Source of the DNA: an uncultured Oscillibacter sp.
GTDB taxonomy: Bacteria; Bacillota; Clostridia; Oscillospirales; Oscillospiraceae
Length of the DNA stretch: 61,049 nt
NCBI GenBank assembly: GCA_946183175.1
Contig: CAMHBH010000001.1
Span: 1 to 61,049 of the forward strand
Direction of reading: 5' to 3'
How positions within the stretch are numbered: the first letter of the stretch is position 1; each line of letters opens with the position of its first letter. Under the pieces are notes generated by a model. The model was not told the origin of the DNA. It made no database searches and saw only the letters and a program-made list of their open reading frames with translations. Of this stretch, positions 1 through 8,992 are shown piece after piece. The position numbers were made by a program, and so were the translations under genes.

Positions 1-2
1 GG

Positions 3-239
3 CCCCGTGTCCGCGCCGTACTCGTCGCGGAAAGCGTCGCGGCGGCGCTGTCGCTACTGCTACTCGGCGGCGTCGCCGGACTGCTCATGCTGTGTACGGC
101 GGCGGTCGTACTGTCGCGCTACGTAGTCGTCGCAAGGCGCGACTTCGGCGGCGCGTCCGGGGACTTGGCGGGCTGGTTCCTGCAAAAAGTAGAACTCTGG
201 ATGCTGGCGGCGCTGGTCTTCGCGCAATACGTAAGGTAA
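3..239 (+). CDS. cobS: Adenosylcobinamide-GDP ribazoletransferase (cobalamin synthase), C-terminal part, 5' truncated by window edge
   Basis: Frame 3 reads ...RRDFGGASGDLAGWFLQKVELWML...YVR*; FGGxxGDxxG is the CobS C-terminal motif; hydrophobic; cob gene context. Confidence 0.85.
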   Translation, partial: PRVRAVLVAESVAAALSLLLLGGVAGLLMLCTAAVVLSRYVVVARRDFGGASGDLAGWFLQKVELWMLAALVFAQYVR

Positions 240-267
240 TTGCGGCGCGTTCGCATGATACGCAAGA

Positions 268-368
268 TATACTGATGAGCTGTAAGATTTGCCACCCGTC
301 TTTCCGGAAAGCCCGTCATGAGCGGGGCGCAATCTGACAAGCGGCAAATTTCAACGTTCACGAGTATA
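268..368. repeat. ~101-bp MITE/BOX-like element with imperfect terminal inverted repeats
   Basis: TATACT..TGAGC..GATTTGCC (268-293) pairs with GGCAAATT..GTTCA..AGTATA (343-368); TA at both ends; internal hairpin GCCCG..CGGGGC. Confidence 0.5.
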
Positions 369-425
369 GTTACGGCGCGCGTTACGGGATAATGTCGGCA
401 CACCACGCAAAGTAAGGAGGACAGT

Positions 426-764
426 ATGCTTTTCATTTTCGGGCCGCTCTACAGCGGCAAACGCACTGTTGCGGCGTCGCTGTTGGGCTGTGGCGTGTAC
501 GAACTGCCGCGCCGCGCCGTCTGGGACGTACAGGAACTCGCGGCGCGTTCCGGCGACCTCGACGCCCTCGCGGACGAACTGTCGCGCTACGAGGCGGTTA
601 TCGCCACCGAGACGGGCGGGGGCGTCGTACCCGTAGACGTAACGGAACGCAAGGCCCGGGAGGCCGCCGGACGCCTCAATTGTCTGTTGGCGCAACGCGC
701 GGCGGCGGTTGTACGCGTATTCTGCGGGATTCCGCTCGTCATCCGGGGGGAATTGCCGTGCTGA
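426..764 (+). CDS. cobU: Short CobU/CobP-family adenosylcobinamide kinase/guanylyltransferase
   Basis: P-loop GPLYSGKR; ETGGGVVP..REAAGRLNCLLAQRA..VFCGIP C-terminal signature; RBS AAGGAGG. Confidence 0.8.
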   Translation: MLFIFGPLYSGKRTVAASLLGCGVYELPRRAVWDVQELAARSGDLDALADELSRYEAVIATETGGGVVPVDVTERKAREAAGRLNCLLAQRAAAVVRVFCGIPLVIRGELPC

Positions 765-1696
765 TTCCGTGCGCGGCGCTCTGCGCGTTCGTACTCGATT
801 TGCTTTTCGGCGACCCCGCCGCGATTCCGCACCCCGTCGTACTCATGGGCCGCTGTATCACGCGCGCGGAGGCGTTCTTACGGGCGCGCCTGCCCGATTC
901 TGTCGGCGGCGTCGTACTGGCCGCGTCCCTGCCCCTGCTGACGTTCGCCGCCGCGCTCGGACTTTGCCGCGTCGCCGCGTATGTACACCCCCTCTGCCAC
1001 TTCGCCCTGCAAACGTTCTGGGGCTGGCAGTCGTTAGCCCTGCACGGACTGGCCGACGAAAGCCGCAACGTATACGCGCAACTGTGCAAGCCCGACCTGC
1101 GCGCGGCGCGGGAGGCGGTGGCGCGGATTGTCGGGCGCGACACCGGCAAACTCGACGAGTACGGAGTAATTCGCGCCGCCGTGGAGAGCGTCGCGGAGAA
1201 CTTTTCCGACGGCGTCGCCGCGCCGTTGCTGTACTTCTTCCTGGGCGGCGCGCCGCTGGCGCTGGCCTACAAGGCCGTCAACACCATGGACAGCATGATA
1301 GGCTACAGGAACGCGCGCTACCTGCGATTCGGGCGGGCCGCCGCGAAACTCGACGACGCCGCGAACTATGTACCGTCGCGAATCGCGGCGCTGTGCTGGG
1401 TACTCTCGGCAGCGCTGACGGGGTACGACGCGCGGGAGGCGTGGCGAATCTGGCGGCGCGACCGTCGCAAGCACGCGAGCCCGAACGCCGGACAGACGGA
1501 ATCGGCCTGCGCGGGCGCGCTGGGGATTCAGTTGGGCGGCCCGGCGTACTACTTCGGGGAGTATTGCGACAAGCCCCGCCTCGGAGACGCGACGCGTCAG
1601 CCGGAGGCGGCGGACATTCTGCGCGCGAATCGGATGTTGTACGCGGCTGGCGTACTGTTACTGGCGGCGCTGTGCGCGTTGGGCTGTCGGTTCTAG
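758..1696 (+). CDS. cbiB: Adenosylcobinamide-phosphate synthase CbiB
   Basis: GDP..HPVV, IVGRDT, ESVAENFSDG, YKAVNTMDSMIGY, SPNAG motifs; GTG 758 overlaps cobU stop. Confidence 0.93.
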   Translation: MLIPCAALCAFVLDLLFGDPAAIPHPVVLMGRCITRAEAFLRARLPDSVGGVVLAASLPLLTFAAALGLCRVAAYVHPLCHFALQTFWGWQSLALHGLADESRNVYAQLCKPDLRAAREAVARIVGRDTGKLDEYGVIRAAVESVAENFSDGVAAPLLYFFLGGAPLALAYKAVNTMDSMIGYRNARYLRFGRAAAKLDDAANYVPSRIAALCWVLSAALTGYDAREAWRIWRRDRRKHASPNAGQTESACAGALGIQLGGPAYYFGEYCDKPRLGDATRQPEAADILRANRMLYAAGVLLLAALCALGCRF

Positions 1697-1776
1697 ACGA
1701 CGGTGCTATGTGCGACAAGCTGTCGGTTACAGAGTACGGCGGCGCTGTACGCGCCGGACTTTCGGAGGTGACGAAC

Positions 1777-2814
1777 ATGCACGGCGGAGACTATACCGGA
1801 AAACTGCTCGATTTCTCGGCGAACGTCAGCCCGCTGGGCGTACCGGAGGGAGTACGCGCGGCGATAGCGGAGGCGGCGTCGGGGGCGGCGCGCTACCCCG
1901 ACCCCTACTGCCGCCGTCTGTGTACGGCGATTGCGGAGGCGGACGCCGTGCCGCCGGAGTGCGTACTGTGCGGAAACGGCGCGTCCGACCTGATTTTCCG
2001 CGCGGCGCTGGCGGCGCGTCCCGGACGCGCGCTCGTCCCCGCCCCGACGTTCTCCGAATACGAGGCCGCGCTGTCGCTGGCGGGCTGTGCCGTGTCGCGG
2101 CACCCGCTCGCGCCCGAACGCGGCTTCCGTCCCGGCGACGACTTCCTCGACGCCCTCCCGCCCGGTATCGACATGGTATTCCTATGTCAGCCCGACAACC
2201 CGACGGGCGTCACTGTCCCGAAAGCGCTCCTGTTCCGTATCCTGCGGCGCTGTCGGGACATCCACTGCCGCCTGATTTTCGACGAGTGCTTTCTGGGCTT
2301 CCTGGACTGCCCGGAGGACTTTACACTACAGGAATTTTTGCCCGACTTCCCGAACTTACTGATTCTCCGCGCGTTTACGAAGCTGTACGGCATGGCGGGC
2401 GCGCGGCTGGGCTACGCGCTGTGTTCGGACGCCGCGTTTCTGTCGCGAATGCGCCGCTGCGGGCCGCCGTGGAGCGTGTCCGGACTTGCGCAGGCGGCGG
2501 GCGTCGCGGCGTTGCACGAGCGCGGCTACGTCGACGCCGTGCGGCGGCTGGTGTCACGCGAACGCCCCGCGCTCTACGACGCCCTCCGCGCGCTGGGGCT
2601 GTACGTGATTCCGGGGGAGGCGAATTTCTTACTGTTTCAAAGTCCGTGCCCGCTGGACGCGCCGTTACAGGAGCGCGGAATCTTTCTCCGCAACTGCGGC
2701 GACTTCCACGGCCTTGACAGTACATGGTACCGCGTGGCCGTGCGGACGGGCGTGGAAAACCGCCGCCTGACGGCGGCATTACGGGAGGTGTTGGACGCGT
2801 GGCGAAACGCTTGA
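1777..2814 (+). CDS. cobD: L-threonine-O-3-phosphate decarboxylase (PLP class I/II)
   Basis: MHGG..DFSANVSPLG, YPDP, GNGA, PDNPTG, FTKLYGMAGARLGY; RBS GGAGGTG at 1764. Confidence 0.88.
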   Translation: MHGGDYTGKLLDFSANVSPLGVPEGVRAAIAEAASGAARYPDPYCRRLCTAIAEADAVPPECVLCGNGASDLIFRAALAARPGRALVPAPTFSEYEAALSLAGCAVSRHPLAPERGFRPGDDFLDALPPGIDMVFLCQPDNPTGVTVPKALLFRILRRCRDIHCRLIFDECFLGFLDCPEDFTLQEFLPDFPNLLILRAFTKLYGMAGARLGYALCSDAAFLSRMRRCGPPWSVSGLAQAAGVAALHERGYVDAVRRLVSRERPALYDALRALGLYVIPGEANFLLFQSPCPLDAPLQERGIFLRNCGDFHGLDSTWYRVAVRTGVENRRLTAALREVLDAWRNA

Positions 2815-4250
2815 TGGTACAAGGTACGATGTCGGGCGCGGGGAAAAGCCTGTTGTGTACGGCGCTGTGCCGGATATTCCGGCAGGACGGCCTACGCGTC
2901 GCGCCGTTCAAAAGTCAGAACATGTCGCTCAACAGCTACGTCACGGCGGACGGGCGGGAAATAGGCCGCGCGCAGGCCGTACAGGCACAGGCCGCCGGAA
3001 TCGCGCCCGACGCCCGCATGAATCCCGTACTGCTTAAACCGTCGAGCGACACGGGCAGTCAGGTCATCGTCAACGGCGCGGCGCGCGGGCATATGGGCGC
3101 CGTCGACTACTTCCGCTACCGGGAATCGCTGATTCCCGAAATCCTGTCGGCCTTTGACAGTCTGGCGGCGGAGTACGATGTAATCGTCATGGAGGGCGCG
3201 GGAAGTCCGGCGGAAATCAACCTCCGCGAAAACGACATTGTCAACATGGGCCTCGCGGCGCTGACCGACGCCCCCGTGATACTCGTCGGGGATATCGACC
3301 GTGGCGGGGTGTTCGCGCAACTGTACGGCACTGTCGCCTTACTCACGCCGCCGGAGCGGGCGCGCGTCTGGGGGTTCGTAATTAACAAGTTTCGCGGGGA
3401 CTTGGAAATCTTGCGTCCGGGCCTCGCCGAACTTGAGATGCTCACGAGTATTCCTGTCCTGGGCGTGGTGCCGTACTTACAGGCCGACATCGACGACGAG
3501 GACTCGCTGTCGCCGACGCTCTCCCGCGACACCCCCGGGGACGCGCTGGACATCGCGGTCATACGCTTCCCGCGCCTGTCGAACTTCACCGACTTCGCGC
3601 CGCTGGGCGTGCGCTACGTCGACCGCGCGCCGCGTCTGGGCGCGCCGGATATGGTGATTCTACCCGGAACAAAAAGTACCGTAGCCGACTTGTTATGGGC
3701 GCGGCAAAACGGCCTGGAAAGCGCAATCCTGAAACTCGCCGCGCGCGGGACGCCGATTTTAGGCATATGCGGCGGCTATCAAATGTTGGGCGAACGAATC
3801 GACGACCCGCACGGGGCGGAATCCGCGTTGCCGACGTTGCGCGGAATGGGCCTGTTGCCGTGCCGTACAGTCTTCGCGGCGTCGAAAACGCTACGGCGCG
3901 CGCGGGGTATCGCGACGGGCGGCCCGTTCGACGGCGCGGCCCTCGACGGCTACGAAATCCATATGGGCGTCACGGAGGCGCGCGGCCCGGCCTTCTGCGT
4001 ACTCGACGGCGCGCGCCCCGACGGGTGTCGACAGGGTAACGTCATGGGGACGTATCTGCACGGCCTGTTCGACAGCGGGGAGGCCGCGCAAAAACTCCGC
4101 GCGTGGCTCCTCGCCCGTAAGGGAATCGCGTCCGGAGACGCAAAGCCGGAATCGCGGGAGGCGTACCGGGAGAGGCAGTACGACTTGTTAGCGGCGGGCG
4201 TCCGGGCCGCGCTGGATATGGACGCCCTGCGGCGTATTTTGGAGGGTTGA
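2799..4250 (+). CDS. cbiP: Cobyric acid synthase
   Basis: QGTMSGAGKS, PFKSQNMSLNS, EGAGSPAEINL, DIDRGG, GICGGYQMLG, GTYLHG; RBS GGAGGTG then GTG 2799. Confidence 0.95.
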   Translation: MAKRLMVQGTMSGAGKSLLCTALCRIFRQDGLRVAPFKSQNMSLNSYVTADGREIGRAQAVQAQAAGIAPDARMNPVLLKPSSDTGSQVIVNGAARGHMGAVDYFRYRESLIPEILSAFDSLAAEYDVIVMEGAGSPAEINLRENDIVNMGLAALTDAPVILVGDIDRGGVFAQLYGTVALLTPPERARVWGFVINKFRGDLEILRPGLAELEMLTSIPVLGVVPYLQADIDDEDSLSPTLSRDTPGDALDIAVIRFPRLSNFTDFAPLGVRYVDRAPRLGAPDMVILPGTKSTVADLLWARQNGLESAILKLAARGTPILGICGGYQMLGERIDDPHGAESALPTLRGMGLLPCRTVFAASKTLRRARGIATGGPFDGAALDGYEIHMGVTEARGPAFCVLDGARPDGCRQGNVMGTYLHGLFDSGEAAQKLRAWLLARKGIASGDAKPESREAYRERQYDLLAAGVRAALDMDALRRILEG

Positions 4251-4252
4251 GC

Positions 4253-4891
4253 GTGGGCGAAATCAGAACTCCCGCCGAAATTGAGCGGGAGAGCATGCGA
4301 ATCATAGACGAGGAGCTATCGCGGCGGGGAATCGTCCTGCCGCCCGGACGCGCGGCGGTCGTCAAGCGCGCCATTCACGCGACGGCGGATTTTGACTACG
4401 CCGAAACGCTACAATTCACGCCGGACGCGCCGTCGGAATTGCGCGGCGGCGTGATTGTCACCGATACCAATATGGCCCTCGCGGGAATCAACAAGGCGGC
4501 GCTACGGCGTCTGGGCGCGGCGGCGTACTGCTTTATGGCTGACGACAGTATCGCGGCGGCGGCGCGGCGACACGGGACGACGCGCGCGGCGGCGTCTATG
4601 GCCTACGCGCTGGGACGGTATCCGGGGGCGGTGTTCGCAATCGGCAACGCGCCCACGGCGCTGTTACGCCTCGCGGAAGGCGTGGAGGCGGGCGCGCGTC
4701 CGACGTTGGTAATCGGCGTCCCGGTGGGGTTCGTCAACGTCGCGGAGAGCAAGGAGCGTCTCTGGGCGGCGTGTACGCGGCGGGGCGTCCCGGCGATAGT
4801 GTCGGCGGGGCGCAAGGGCGGAAGCGGCGTCGCGGCGGCCATTTGCAACGCGCTCCTCTACGCCGCGCGTGATTCCATTCCGCCCTGTTGA
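4253..4891 (+). CDS. cbiC: Precorrin-8X methylmutase
   Basis: IERESM, RAIHATADF, IGNAPTAL, PVGFVN, GRKGGS motifs. Confidence 0.93.
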   Translation: MGEIRTPAEIERESMRIIDEELSRRGIVLPPGRAAVVKRAIHATADFDYAETLQFTPDAPSELRGGVIVTDTNMALAGINKAALRRLGAAAYCFMADDSIAAAARRHGTTRAAASMAYALGRYPGAVFAIGNAPTALLRLAEGVEAGARPTLVIGVPVGFVNVAESKERLWAACTRRGVPAIVSAGRKGGSGVAAAICNALLYAARDSIPPC

Positions 4892-4926
4892 TACGAAAAG
4901 CGGGACAGTTCCCGCAAAATCACGCG

Positions 4927-4967
4927 AAAAAGCAAGCCTTCCCCAATAACGGGGAGGGCTTGCTTTT
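4927..4967. terminator. Bidirectional intrinsic terminator between the cob operon and the CRISPR trailer end
   Basis: AAAAAGCAAGCCTTCCCC-aataac-GGGGAGGGCTTGCTTTT. Confidence 0.85.
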
Positions 4968-5371
4968 GTCCCTCATAGGGAAGGTATGACCTCCGAGGTT
5001 ACCATTCCCGTCGAGCCTGACCCCGAGGTGACCATTCCGTTTTAATCCCTCATAGGGAAGGTATGACATGGGGTGGCTGTTGCGGTATGACCATACGTGC
5101 CACGTAGACGTCGAATACTAGTTTTAATCCCTCATAGGGAAGGTATGACAAGGACCCCTACACCCCGGAAGAACGCGCTCTCATTGAGAGCATGTGGAAA
5201 GTTTTAATCCCTCATAGGGAAGGTATGACTTACGCATACGGCACGGACGGAAACGAAGTACGGCAGTTTTGTTTTAATCCCTCATAGGGAAGGTATGACT
5301 TAGTGCGATGACTCGGGATGAGTTCTTTGCTCTGTTGAAAAGGTTTTAATCCCTCATAGGGAAGGTATGAC
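4962..5371 (-). CRISPR. CRISPR array: 6 x 29-bp repeats (GTCATACCTTCCCTATGAGGGATTAAAAC on minus strand), 5 spacers of 48, 53, 51, 41 and 43 bp
   Basis: Identical repeats at 5039, 5121, 5201, 5271, 5343 and a 3-mismatch copy at 4962; internal hairpin TCCCT-ATG-AGGGA; ATTAAAAC 3' end resembles the ATTGAAAC Cas6-type handle; degenerate copy marks the trailer. Confidence 0.96.
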
Positions 5372-5617
5372 AACGGAAAAATGGCTCGGTGTAAAGGCGA
5401 AAACTTGCGCGGTCAAACTGTTTGATAGCCGAAAAGTCGGTCGGTGCCTGTGCGGGACAACCCGCAAACCCGCATGGTTACGGCATTCTTTGAAATCCCA
5501 TTTTCTGGAATCGACATCGACCGACTTTTTGCCACGTTTTCAGTCCGATTCGATTTACAGCGGCAAAGGATTTCCTTGGAATGGTGTCATTATAGCGGAT
5601 TGCCGCTGTCCTGTCAA
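5372..5617 (-). promoter_or_regulatory. CRISPR leader with consensus sigma-A promoter
   Basis: Minus strand TTGACA (5617-5612)-17 nt-TATAAT (5594-5589) facing the array; lower-GC leader of ~210 nt. Confidence 0.85.
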
Positions 5618-5735
5618 GCCTTTTTTCGACGAAAAGCGTCAAAAAGACCGACCGACTTTTTTGTATCGAAATAGAACGAATGTTCCCACGCCGTTTTGAA
5701 TCAGGTACGGCTTTCCCTGTCCCCCGCGCGTCCTT

Positions 5736-6587
5736 TTACGCGTACTCTTTCCGGACTTGGCGCACGATTTCGGCGGAAAGCCCGGTACGCCGGAACGGCG
5801 TCATAAGATATAACCCGTCGACGCAGGCCAGCACGTCCCGCGCCGTGCGCAGGGACAGTTCCAGCGCGATACGCCCGGCCTCGTCCTTGTCCTTGCCCTC
5901 GTAGAGCGCGATTATCTCCGGGCTGACCCGAATCCCCGTGACGTGCTCGTTGAGAAAACACGCGTTGCGATAACTGACTATCGGGAACACCCCACCCAGA
6001 ATCGTACCGCGCAACGCTTCCCGCGCAAGTTTCAGATTTTCCAGCGCCTCCGGCGACAAAATCGGCTGTGTCAGGAATCCCGTCACGCCGCAGTCCTCCT
6101 TTTCGCGGGCGCGTTCCAATTCGCGCGCGAACTCCCGCGCGTTGACGTTCAAAGCGCCGAATATCCGGAACGGCGTGTGGAAAACCGTCTCGTTCATCTC
6201 GCGCACGACCCGCGCCAGTTGCCGCGACTGTACCTGAAACACGGGCTTGACGTTTCCGCGCTCCTCCGGCGGGATGGGGTCCCCGGTGACAAGTAAGATA
6301 TGGTGTACGCCCTCGATGGACAGCGCCAGAAGCGCGGCGCGCATAGCGTTGAGATTCCGGTCGCGGCAGGTCATGTGCGGGAGCGCCTCGATACCGTACT
6401 GACGCTTAATAATGGCGGCGAGTACGCAACTGTCGGCGCGGGGCCGCCCGACGGGGCAGTCGGCGATTGTAATCAAGTCCGCGCCCGCGTCGCGGATAGC
6501 CTGTACGCCGTCCATAAAAAACACGGCGTCGTCGTCCGCGGGCGGGTCGAGTTCCACGGCGATTACAGGCCGTTTCGTTTCGTTCAT
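5736..6587 (-). CDS. metF: Methylenetetrahydrofolate reductase (MetF / YitJ C-terminal-like)
   Basis: VELDPP, ITIADCP, PHMTCRDRN, VTGDP, FLTQP; start overlaps metH stop. Confidence 0.85.
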   Translation of the reverse strand: MNETKRPVIAVELDPPADDDAVFFMDGVQAIRDAGADLITIADCPVGRPRADSCVLAAIIKRQYGIEALPHMTCRDRNLNAMRAALLALSIEGVHHILLVTGDPIPPEERGNVKPVFQVQSRQLARVVREMNETVFHTPFRIFGALNVNAREFARELERAREKEDCGVTGFLTQPILSPEALENLKLAREALRGTILGGVFPIVSYRNACFLNEHVTGIRVSPEIIALYEGKDKDEAGRIALELSLRTARDVLACVDGLYLMTPFRRTGLSAEIVRQVRKEYA

Positions 6588-8944
6588 CCAAACACCTTCT
6601 TTGCGATTTCCGCCGAGGCTTTCGCGTCCCGGGCGTAGTAGTCGGCCCCCATGCGCGCGGCGTACTCCGGCGTTACGACCGCGCCGCCCACCCATACCAC
6701 AGGCGGCGACGGAAGCGCTTTGAGTTGCCGTACGGTCTCCTCCATCGCCGGAAGTGTGGTTGTCATGAGCGCCGACAGGCCCACAAGCCTTACATTCCTC
6801 TCCGTGACGGCCTCCACGATTTTTTCCGGGGGCACGTCGCGCCCGAGGTCGATGACTTCGTAGCCGTAGTTTTCGAGTACAGTCTTGACGATGTTCTTGC
6901 CGATGTCGTGAATGTCGCCCTGTACGGTGGCGACGAGGAGCGTACCCTTCCTGACCGACGCGCCGCCGCGTTCCGCCAGCGACGCCCGCAGGACTTCAAA
7001 CACCGCTTGCGCCGCCTGTGCCGCGCTGAGTAATTGCGGCAGAAATGCCCTGCCCTGTCCGTAGGCCTCCCCGACGCTGTCGAGCGCCGGAATGAGTTCC
7101 TGTTCCACTATCGAGAGTTCCGGACGCTCTTGCAGGGCGTCTTTGGCGAGTTTGGCGGCCTCCGCCTGTAGGCCCTTCGCGATAGCGTCGCGAATCGTGG
7201 CGGGGCCTCCGGGCGCGGGCGTATTCGCGGGCGCGTCGGCGTCGGCGAAACGCCCGATGTACGCGCGGCACTGCGCGTCCTCCCCGGAGAGTACGCGGTA
7301 CGCCGATACCGCGTCCATCATGTCGCGCTGGTTGGGGTTGAGTATCGGGAGCGTCAGGCCGCATTGCATGGCCTGCGTTAAGAAAGTACGGGCAATCAGT
7401 CCGCGGTTGGGCAGTCCGAACGAGATATTGGACACCCCGAGCACCGTTTGCAGTCCGAGGACTTCCCGCACATACCGGACGGCTTGCAACGTCTCCGCCG
7501 CCTGTTCCTGCTGGGCCGAGACGGTCAAAGTCAGGCAGTCTATCCAGATATCCTCTTTCGGGATTCCGTAAGACAGCGCGGTTTGCAGAATCCGTTCCGC
7601 GATTGCGATACGCTCCCGCGCCGTCTTCGGGATTCCGTTCTTGTCGAGGGTCAGTCCCACGACCGCCGCGCCGTACTTCTTTACGACTGGTAAGATTCGC
7701 TCCATCACTTCCGGGTTGCCATTGACGGAGTTGACCGCCGCCTTGCCGTTATAGACACGTAGTCCGGCTTCGAGGGCGTCGGGGTTCGACGAATCAAGCT
7801 GTAGGGGCAGGGCCACGGCGCTTTGTAACTTCTTGACCACCCGGGGCAGCATGGACACCTCGTCGACGCCCGGAAAGCCGACGTTCACGTCGAGAATATC
7901 GGCTCCGGCGTCCTCCTGTGTGACCGCGACATCTAAAATATAGTCCAAGTCGTTTTCGAGCAAGGCCTGTTGAAAGCGCTTCTTCCCGGTAGGGTTAATG
8001 CGTTCCCCGATAACGCGTACGCCGTCGATACGGCACGGCGCGACGGGCGTACAGACGAACGGCGGGAGTTGTACGGGGCGGGGGGCGCGCCCGCGCGGCT
8101 CCGAAAGTAGCGCCGACAGTTTACGGATGTACTCCGGCGACGTGCCGCAACACCCGCCGACAATCGACACGCAATCGAGACAGGGCCGCAGGGCCTCCGC
8201 GAACGCGTCGGGGGACAGGTCGTAGCGTCCCGTGACGGGGTCGGGCAGGCCGGCGTTGGGCTTCGCGATAACCGGAAGGCGCGTGTTCTCCGACAGTTCC
8301 CGCAACAGCGGCGACATACGGTCGGGGCCCGTAGAACAGTTGAGGCCCACGGCGTCCGCGCCAAGCCCCTCCAGCGTCCGGGCCATCGACGCTACTGTAC
8401 AGCCCGTGAACGTCCGGCCCGTCTCGTCGAAAGACATCGTCACGAATACGGGAAGCGCCGTATTCTCTTTGACCGCGAGAAGCGCGGCTTTCGTCTCGTA
8501 CAGGTCGGTCATCGTCTCAATAACGGCCAAATCCGCGCCTGCCTCCGCGCCCGCGACGGCCATTTCCCGGAACAGTTGGTAAGCGTCCTCAAAGGACAGC
8601 GTGCCCATCGGTTCGAGTAATTCGCCCAGCGGGCCGATATCCAGCGCGACGGCGGCGCGGCCTTGCGCGGCGCGTTTCGCGATACCGATTCCGGCGGAAA
8701 TCACCTCCCCAACGCTCTTCCCTGACTTACGTAATTTGTGCGCGTTCGCGCCGAAGGTGTTCGCGTACACGACACGGCTCCCGGCGTCGACGTAGTCGCG
8801 GTGTACGTCGAAAATCAGTTCCGGGTCGGACAGGTTCAGCAATTCGGGCTGTCCGCCGGGGGGCAGGCCGCGCTCTTGCAGGACAGTCCCCATTGCGCCG
8901 TCTAGAAGTAACGGTTCTCCGGGCGTCCAGAATGGAAAGTTCAT
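6584..8944 (-). CDS. metH: B12-dependent methionine synthase (homocysteine-, pterin- and cobalamin-binding domains; no reactivation domain)
   Basis: LDGAMGT, GLNCS, GGCCGT, IGERINPTGKK, GDIHDIGKNIV, GLSALMTTT. Confidence 0.95.
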   Translation of the reverse strand: MNFPFWTPGEPLLLDGAMGTVLQERGLPPGGQPELLNLSDPELIFDVHRDYVDAGSRVVYANTFGANAHKLRKSGKSVGEVISAGIGIAKRAAQGRAAVALDIGPLGELLEPMGTLSFEDAYQLFREMAVAGAEAGADLAVIETMTDLYETKAALLAVKENTALPVFVTMSFDETGRTFTGCTVASMARTLEGLGADAVGLNCSTGPDRMSPLLRELSENTRLPVIAKPNAGLPDPVTGRYDLSPDAFAEALRPCLDCVSIVGGCCGTSPEYIRKLSALLSEPRGRAPRPVQLPPFVCTPVAPCRIDGVRVIGERINPTGKKRFQQALLENDLDYILDVAVTQEDAGADILDVNVGFPGVDEVSMLPRVVKKLQSAVALPLQLDSSNPDALEAGLRVYNGKAAVNSVNGNPEVMERILPVVKKYGAAVVGLTLDKNGIPKTARERIAIAERILQTALSYGIPKEDIWIDCLTLTVSAQQEQAAETLQAVRYVREVLGLQTVLGVSNISFGLPNRGLIARTFLTQAMQCGLTLPILNPNQRDMMDAVSAYRVLSGEDAQCRAYIGRFADADAPANTPAPGGPATIRDAIAKGLQAEAAKLAKDALQERPELSIVEQELIPALDSVGEAYGQGRAFLPQLLSAAQAAQAVFEVLRASLAERGGASVRKGTLLVATVQGDIHDIGKNIVKTVLENYGYEVIDLGRDVPPEKIVEAVTERNVRLVGLSALMTTTLPAMEETVRQLKALPSPPVVWVGGAVVTPEYAARMGADYYARDAKASAEIAKKVFG

Positions 8945-8992
8945 GTCAATTCCTCCCGGTTCAAAGTTGGCAATTCGCGGATTTAACCCGGC

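Noticed and set aside
240-425. Cobalamin riboswitch, hammerhead (CTGATGAG at 272) or 6S RNA
   Set aside because: No B12-box or GCCACTG/GGGAAG core, no correctly placed hammerhead GAAA and stems, and too short for 6S; kept only as a MITE-like hairpin
709-1776. 701-aa ORF as a fused N-terminal extension of CobD
   Set aside because: Off-frame read-through across cbiB; the real start is ATG 1777 with its own RBS
5082-5091. GGTATGAC inside spacer 2 as an extra degenerate repeat
   Set aside because: Only 8 nt match and splitting would give implausibly short spacers
5367-5699. 110-aa and 76-aa ORFs next to the array as small cas or anti-CRISPR genes
   Set aside because: One starts inside the repeat; both overlap the leader and promoter and show no motif
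5372-5700. tracrRNA or anti-repeat
   Set aside because: No extended complementarity to the repeat seen; repeat looks Cas6-type
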